Made by a program: the position numbers and the translations under genes
Shown here: one piece after another, positions 59,786 to 64,000 of the stretch
Position numbering within the stretch: the stretch's first letter is position 1
Layout of the letters: each line of letters opens with the position of its first letter
Assembly: GCA_963674945.2 (NCBI GenBank)
Contig: CAXXWQ010000004.1
Location: 96,001 to 160,000 of the forward strand
Direction of reading: 5' to 3'
Length of the DNA stretch: 64,000 nt
DNA from: an uncultured Desulfosarcina sp.
GTDB lineage: Bacteria; Desulfobacterota; Desulfobacteria; Desulfobacterales; Desulfosarcinaceae
The notes under the pieces: generated by a model
The model's database searches: none
What the model saw: the letters and a program-made list of their open reading frames with translations, nothing else
What the model was told of the DNA's origin: nothing

Positions 59786-60793
59786 CTAAAACTCGACGAG
59801 CACCGCATTGGAACCGGTGACGCGGGCCGTTACCATGCGATTGGAATCCATGTTGACCACGCGAACCAGATCTCCTCTCCGGCCTTGATTTTTCACCATA
59901 CCGGTTGCGGTGATGGTCATAGGCCCGCTGCTGGCGACAATCTTCACGATGTCTCCCCTTTTGACCAGAGGCGGCGTGACGATCATGCTCGATTGCAAAA
60001 TGGTATTGGGGTAGATCATGCGCGTGGTTCTATGGCCCAAGGCCTCTTCCATACTCCGGATGGTATCCTTTGGTAATTTTGCCAGATCCCGACGTTCCAC
60101 GGAAAGGTCGGCAAGTTCCACATGCTGGTGTTTCCCCAAGGGACGGACGACGGTTACCACATCGGTTTCAACGCAAATGGTGGCATTCACCCACAATTTC
60201 CGCACCGGTTTTCCGTCCACGTACAGGTGCAGCGCCAGAAGCGTTCGACCCAGAAAGTCTTCTTTGCCGTTGGTCTCGACACGATAGGACAATCTGCCCG
60301 CCGGCAGATCGACGGTATCATCGAAGGAAATATTGGTTATGATGACATTTTCGTCTTTCCACGGCATCCGACTGCGAATTGTCCTTTCCACTTCCCGACG
60401 GAGTTGTCCGATGGGCAGGACTACGGCACGACGGGTAATGCGGATGTCCGTTGCACCGCGAAATTCGATGATATCGGGATCGATACCCGCATTCTTCAGG
60501 CGGATCCGGATATAATCGACGCCTAAAAATCTCGTTTGGCCGGCACGAGGGGAAGTCGCCACAACGATCTTCTCCAGATCGGTTACGTTCATCCCCGAAC
60601 CACCGGTGAGCGTCGCCACGTCAGACATGAAGACCGAATCGGTATCGACAACCACAGCGGCTTTTACCGTGGCGCGAACCGAAGGCGCGCCAAAGCAGGT
60701 TGAAACCATTGCCATGGAAAGGAAGATTCCAGCCAGGCAGCGGTGCAAACCAAGCCATACGTTAATCCGGGTTTGTGGGGCTTGTCGTTTCAT
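59786..60793 (-). CDS. flgA: P-ring formation chaperone
   Basis: SAF-like C-terminus PLVKRGDIV...G..GDLVRVVN..S; positional context. Confidence 0.9.
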   Translation of the reverse strand: MKRQAPQTRINVWLGLHRCLAGIFLSMAMVSTCFGAPSVRATVKAAVVVDTDSVFMSDVATLTGGSGMNVTDLEKIVVATSPRAGQTRFLGVDYIRIRLKNAGIDPDIIEFRGATDIRITRRAVVLPIGQLRREVERTIRSRMPWKDENVIITNISFDDTVDLPAGRLSYRVETNGKEDFLGRTLLALHLYVDGKPVRKLWVNATICVETDVVTVVRPLGKHQHVELADLSVERRDLAKLPKDTIRSMEEALGHRTTRMIYPNTILQSSMIVTPPLVKRGDIVKIVASSGPMTITATGMVKNQGRRGDLVRVVNMDSNRMVTARVTGSNAVLVEF

Positions 60794-60801
60794 GGCAAAG
60801 A

Positions 60802-61590
60802 CTACCTTCTCAGGGTGGTGGCCGTTTTCAGCATATCGTCTGCGGCCTGTATGGTCTTGCTGTTGGTTTCATATGCCCGCTGGGCAACGATCATATTGAC
60901 CATTTCATCCACCACGCTCACGTTGGATAGTTCTAGATACCCCTGGGAGATCGTTCCGTACCCATCCTCCCCCGGTGTACCCGTGGTGGCATCTCCGGAA
61001 GCGGCCGTGGGGATATAAAGGTTTCTTCCGATGCTTTTCAAACCGGTGGGATTGATAAACTGGGCCAATTCGATAGTACCGATTTCGGAGGGCTGGTTGT
61101 CACCGGCCAGAAGCACGGAAACGGTACCATCTGTACCGATAGAAATGGATATGGTATCGGTGGGGATGGTGATTTCCGGCTCCATGGGATACCCATCCGA
61201 GGTAACGATCCGGCCTTCGCTGTCCAATTTGAAAGTTCCGGCACGGGTATAGCCGAGTTCTCCATTGGGCTGGATGACCTGAAAGAATCCGTCCCCTTCG
61301 ATGGCCATGTCCAGTTGGTTTTCGGTATTGTTGTACTCCCCCTGGGTGAACATCTTCTGGGTGGCCGCCGGTCGGACCCCGTGCCCCACCTGAATTCCCG
61401 TGGGCACCTGGGTGTCCGCGGAAGAAGAGACACCGGGCGATCGCAGTGTCTGGTAAAGGAGATCCTGGAAATCCGCCCGGCTCTTTTTGAAGCCGGAGGT
61501 TCCCACATTGGCCAGGTTATTGGAAATCACATCGATATTTAATGTCTGGGCCTGCATCCCCGTGGCTGCCGACCAAAGGCTTCTAATCAT
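60802..61590 (-). CDS. flgG: Distal rod protein
   Basis: [38 protein letters not shown]. Confidence 0.97.
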   Translation of the reverse strand: MIRSLWSAATGMQAQTLNIDVISNNLANVGTSGFKKSRADFQDLLYQTLRSPGVSSSADTQVPTGIQVGHGVRPAATQKMFTQGEYNNTENQLDMAIEGDGFFQVIQPNGELGYTRAGTFKLDSEGRIVTSDGYPMEPEITIPTDTISISIGTDGTVSVLLAGDNQPSEIGTIELAQFINPTGLKSIGRNLYIPTAASGDATTGTPGEDGYGTISQGYLELSNVSVVDEMVNMIVAQRAYETNSKTIQAADDMLKTATTLRR

Positions 61591-61673
61591 GAAAACCTCC
61601 TATCTGCTCTCTTTTTTCCGCAAGGGCCGATGTTCGAAAACTTGCCGATGGATATAAAAGGCATGTACGAAAG

Positions 61674-62417
61674 CTACGCGATCGTGCCCACATCCTTGAT
61701 ACTCTTTCCCGTAGCTTCGTCGGCGCTTTGGATGACTTTCTGATACGCGTCGAAGATCCGGGATGTTTCGATCATCTCTGTCATGGCCCGAATGGGATTC
61801 ACATTTGCGGTCTCGACAAATCCTTGAGAAATTGTGTAATTTTCCGGCCGTGTCTGAACCGCTTCGGGATCGGTCGTGACGAATCGGCCGTTTCCCACCT
61901 TCATGAGTTGATTCCGCTTTTCAAAATCGATAATTTGCAGCTGCCCCACCTCGTCACCATCCACGTAGATGACGCCTTGTGAATCGATCTCGACGGTTCC
62001 CTGTGTTATCGTTATTTCTCCCCCCTCGCCAAGAACCGGATACCCATCGTGTGTTGTCAACACACCTTCGGAATTTACGGTAAAGCCACCCTGGCGGGTA
62101 TATTGCTGCCCGTCGGGGGTTTCAATGGAGAAAAATCCATCTCCGTCGATGGCCACGTCCAGCGGATTTCCCGTTTGTTGAAGAGCTCCCTGGGAAAAAT
62201 CGATGGCGGTTTCGAAAGGCGGCGCATAGGGAGACAATGTCTGAACCTGATCAACCGAGGCCAGTATCGGTTCCCGATCCTCTTGCGGCATCCGAAAAAC
62301 GGATCGTTCCCCTTTGTACCCGAGGGTATTGACGTTGGCAACATCGTTGGCCAACATCTCCAATCGCAATTGTTGGACCAAGGCACCGGCTGCGGCGAGG
62401 TACATGGCACCACTCAT
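61674..62417 (-). CDS. flgF: Proximal rod protein
   Basis: ANDVANVNTLGYK, QTGNPLDVAIDGDGFF, ETANVNPIRAM; AGGGG SD before ATG 62417. Confidence 0.9.
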   Translation of the reverse strand: MSGAMYLAAAGALVQQLRLEMLANDVANVNTLGYKGERSVFRMPQEDREPILASVDQVQTLSPYAPPFETAIDFSQGALQQTGNPLDVAIDGDGFFSIETPDGQQYTRQGGFTVNSEGVLTTHDGYPVLGEGGEITITQGTVEIDSQGVIYVDGDEVGQLQIIDFEKRNQLMKVGNGRFVTTDPEAVQTRPENYTISQGFVETANVNPIRAMTEMIETSRIFDAYQKVIQSADEATGKSIKDVGTIA

Positions 62418-62494
62418 GTGTATTCCCCTTGTTGGTTGATAGGCTGTTTTTTTTTCATCAGCTGTTTTTTCTGTTCTTTTTTCTCTGCGTAATA

Positions 62495-62510
62495 TGCAAT
62501 CCTTGTACCA
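62495..62510 (-). promoter_or_regulatory. Sigma-54 promoter of the flgF operon
   Basis: TGGTAC-N5-TTGCA (-24/-12). Confidence 0.8.
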
Positions 62511-62630
62511 AACAAAAGAGACCCTGATTTTGCAGACGCATTGTCTGTGGTTCACGCCAAACGGTGGGCAATCGTTTCCCCGACCGGTCGTTTTTTCCCA
62601 ATTCATGCACTTTGCGAAGAAAGGGCATTT

Positions 62631-63080
62631 TCATGCCGCTTTCAGACGAAGAACCATGGCAACTTCATCTTCGGGTAACTGCAATTGCCGGGAAATATGG
62701 GAGGCGTCGGCTCCTTTTCGTGACATTGACAAGATTCGGTCATGGATTATTTCGTCTTCTTTCGCCCAACCAGCCATACCAGGAATTCCGTTTGTCTCGA
62801 CACGTTCGCTCATCGCCGGATTTCTGGCGACGACGCCCAGTTTTTGGCGCTCCCTGTCTATGGTTTCCGACAATGCAGCAAGCATGGCATCGGTCTTTTG
62901 GTCCATGAGATGGATCAATGCACGGTGCACCAATTCTTGTTCCTGCTGGGCAATATGGATTGCACCATTGTTCGATAAACCCTCTTTGCCCGGGCCGACA
63001 AATGTATCAGAACTGCGGTTTTTCCCGCTACGCAGCAAGGTTGCGACGAGCAACCAGATTTTATAGCAGGCACGTAACAT
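62631..63080 (-). CDS. Hypothetical flagellar-region protein with a C-terminal HTH-like (DUF2802-like) end
   Basis: ILSMSRKGADASHISRQLQLPEDEVAMVLRL; SD GAGAGG. Confidence 0.6.
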   Translation of the reverse strand: MLRACYKIWLLVATLLRSGKNRSSDTFVGPGKEGLSNNGAIHIAQQEQELVHRALIHLMDQKTDAMLAALSETIDRERQKLGVVARNPAMSERVETNGIPGMAGWAKEDEIIHDRILSMSRKGADASHISRQLQLPEDEVAMVLRLKAA

Positions 63081-63133
63081 GTTGACCTCTCTCTTGGTGG
63101 ATTACCGAAATCGTTTCAAAGGGATGCATACCA

Positions 63134-63904
63134 TCAATCTTCCAGCAATCCTTCCTTGCGGAGCTTGCTGCGCAGATGGATAATGGCTTGGGCATGAATT
63201 TGCGACACACGGGATTCGGTGATATTCATCACTTTTCCAATCTCTTTCATGGTCAATTCTTCTGAATAATAAAGGGATACCACGAGCCTTTCTTTCTCCG
63301 GCAACAAGTCGATGTTTTTTGCGATGGTATTTTTTATCTCTTTCATTGTCGTCAGTGACAATGCATCGTCGGCATTTCCGCTGGCCATGGCACTCGAAAT
63401 TGCAGTCGTGTCATTGCGTGAAGGGTAGCCAACCTCTTCAAAACTGACGAAGGAGATACTTGACATGCGTTTGATCTTGTAAAACTGCTCCATGTCCATG
63501 TTCATCTCGGCTGCGACCTCTTCGTCCTCTACTTCTCTACCCAGTTTTTGCTCGAGCTTCATATATGCTTTTTCCAGATCCCTGATTTTCCTTCTGGTCG
63601 TGCGTCCCAAAAAATCTCTTGATCGAAGTTCGCTGAGCACGGCCCCCTTAATCCTGAATACGGCATACGTGATGAACTTGTTGTCCCTCATCGGATCGTA
63701 TCTTTCAATGGCTTGGATCAACCCGATGATACCGACATTGATCAAGTCATCCACCTCTATGGTCGCCGGCAGATAGACAGCAATACGGTTAACGATTCGC
63801 TTCACATAGGGTAGGTACTCGTTAATGATCTGATTTCGAAGCAAATGGTTCTCTTTTCCAAAATTTTCTTCTCTTGATTGCGCCAGATCCATTTTTTTCT
63901 CCAT
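63134..63904 (-). CDS. fliA: RNA polymerase sigma-28 factor
   Basis: YLPYVKRIV, FITYAVFRIKGAVLSELRSRD, LTMKEIG..MNITESRVSQIH. Confidence 0.96.
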   Translation of the reverse strand: MEKKMDLAQSREENFGKENHLLRNQIINEYLPYVKRIVNRIAVYLPATIEVDDLINVGIIGLIQAIERYDPMRDNKFITYAVFRIKGAVLSELRSRDFLGRTTRRKIRDLEKAYMKLEQKLGREVEDEEVAAEMNMDMEQFYKIKRMSSISFVSFEEVGYPSRNDTTAISSAMASGNADDALSLTTMKEIKNTIAKNIDLLPEKERLVVSLYYSEELTMKEIGKVMNITESRVSQIHAQAIIHLRSKLRKEGLLED

Positions 63905-64000
63905 GTTTAGGAATTCTTCCGATGTTCATCGACCTACCGACATTTATGGCAAAAATCTGATGAATGCATATCAGGCCATTCTGGCCACCTCCATGAAATA

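Noticed and set aside
63971..64000. Possible 3' end of an upstream gene (YFMEVARMA*, minus strand; flhG expected by synteny)
   Set aside because: Only nine codons are visible, so it cannot be identified.

Overview
A 64-kb bacterial chromosomal window. Gene content and protein types suggest a motile sulfate-reducing deltaproteobacterium of the Desulfobacteraceae/Desulfosarcina type (inference). From left to right: (1) a truncated GntR/FadR regulator with palindromic operators, an output-less PAS/GAF protein and mtnP-apt; (2) an accessory island (~6.7-17.2 kb) with a tandem Lrp regulator, a FadL-like outer-membrane channel, a complete 2456-bp DDE insertion sequence (5-bp target duplication) splitting a gene remnant, DUF2284, a UroD/MtaA-fold protein plus corrinoid protein behind a long structured leader, and a decayed IS630; (3) housekeeping and transport genes with dispersed heptamer-rich palindromic repeats; (4) a PfaB/C-type PUFA synthase with oleB-oleC-oleD but no oleA/pfaA/pfaD in the window; (5) an ECF sigma factor fused to an anti-sigma-like zinc finger and TM helix, guaA, kdsB and a HIT protein; (6) a flagellar region (HD-GYP, motAB, flgLKNMJIHAGF, fliA) interrupted by two convergent secreted proteases that share a short C-terminal GGG-C-F[IV] tag, plus a PAS-LuxR regulator. 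I recognised no tRNA, rRNA or CRISPR array. All calls come from motif reading only; no database searches were run.
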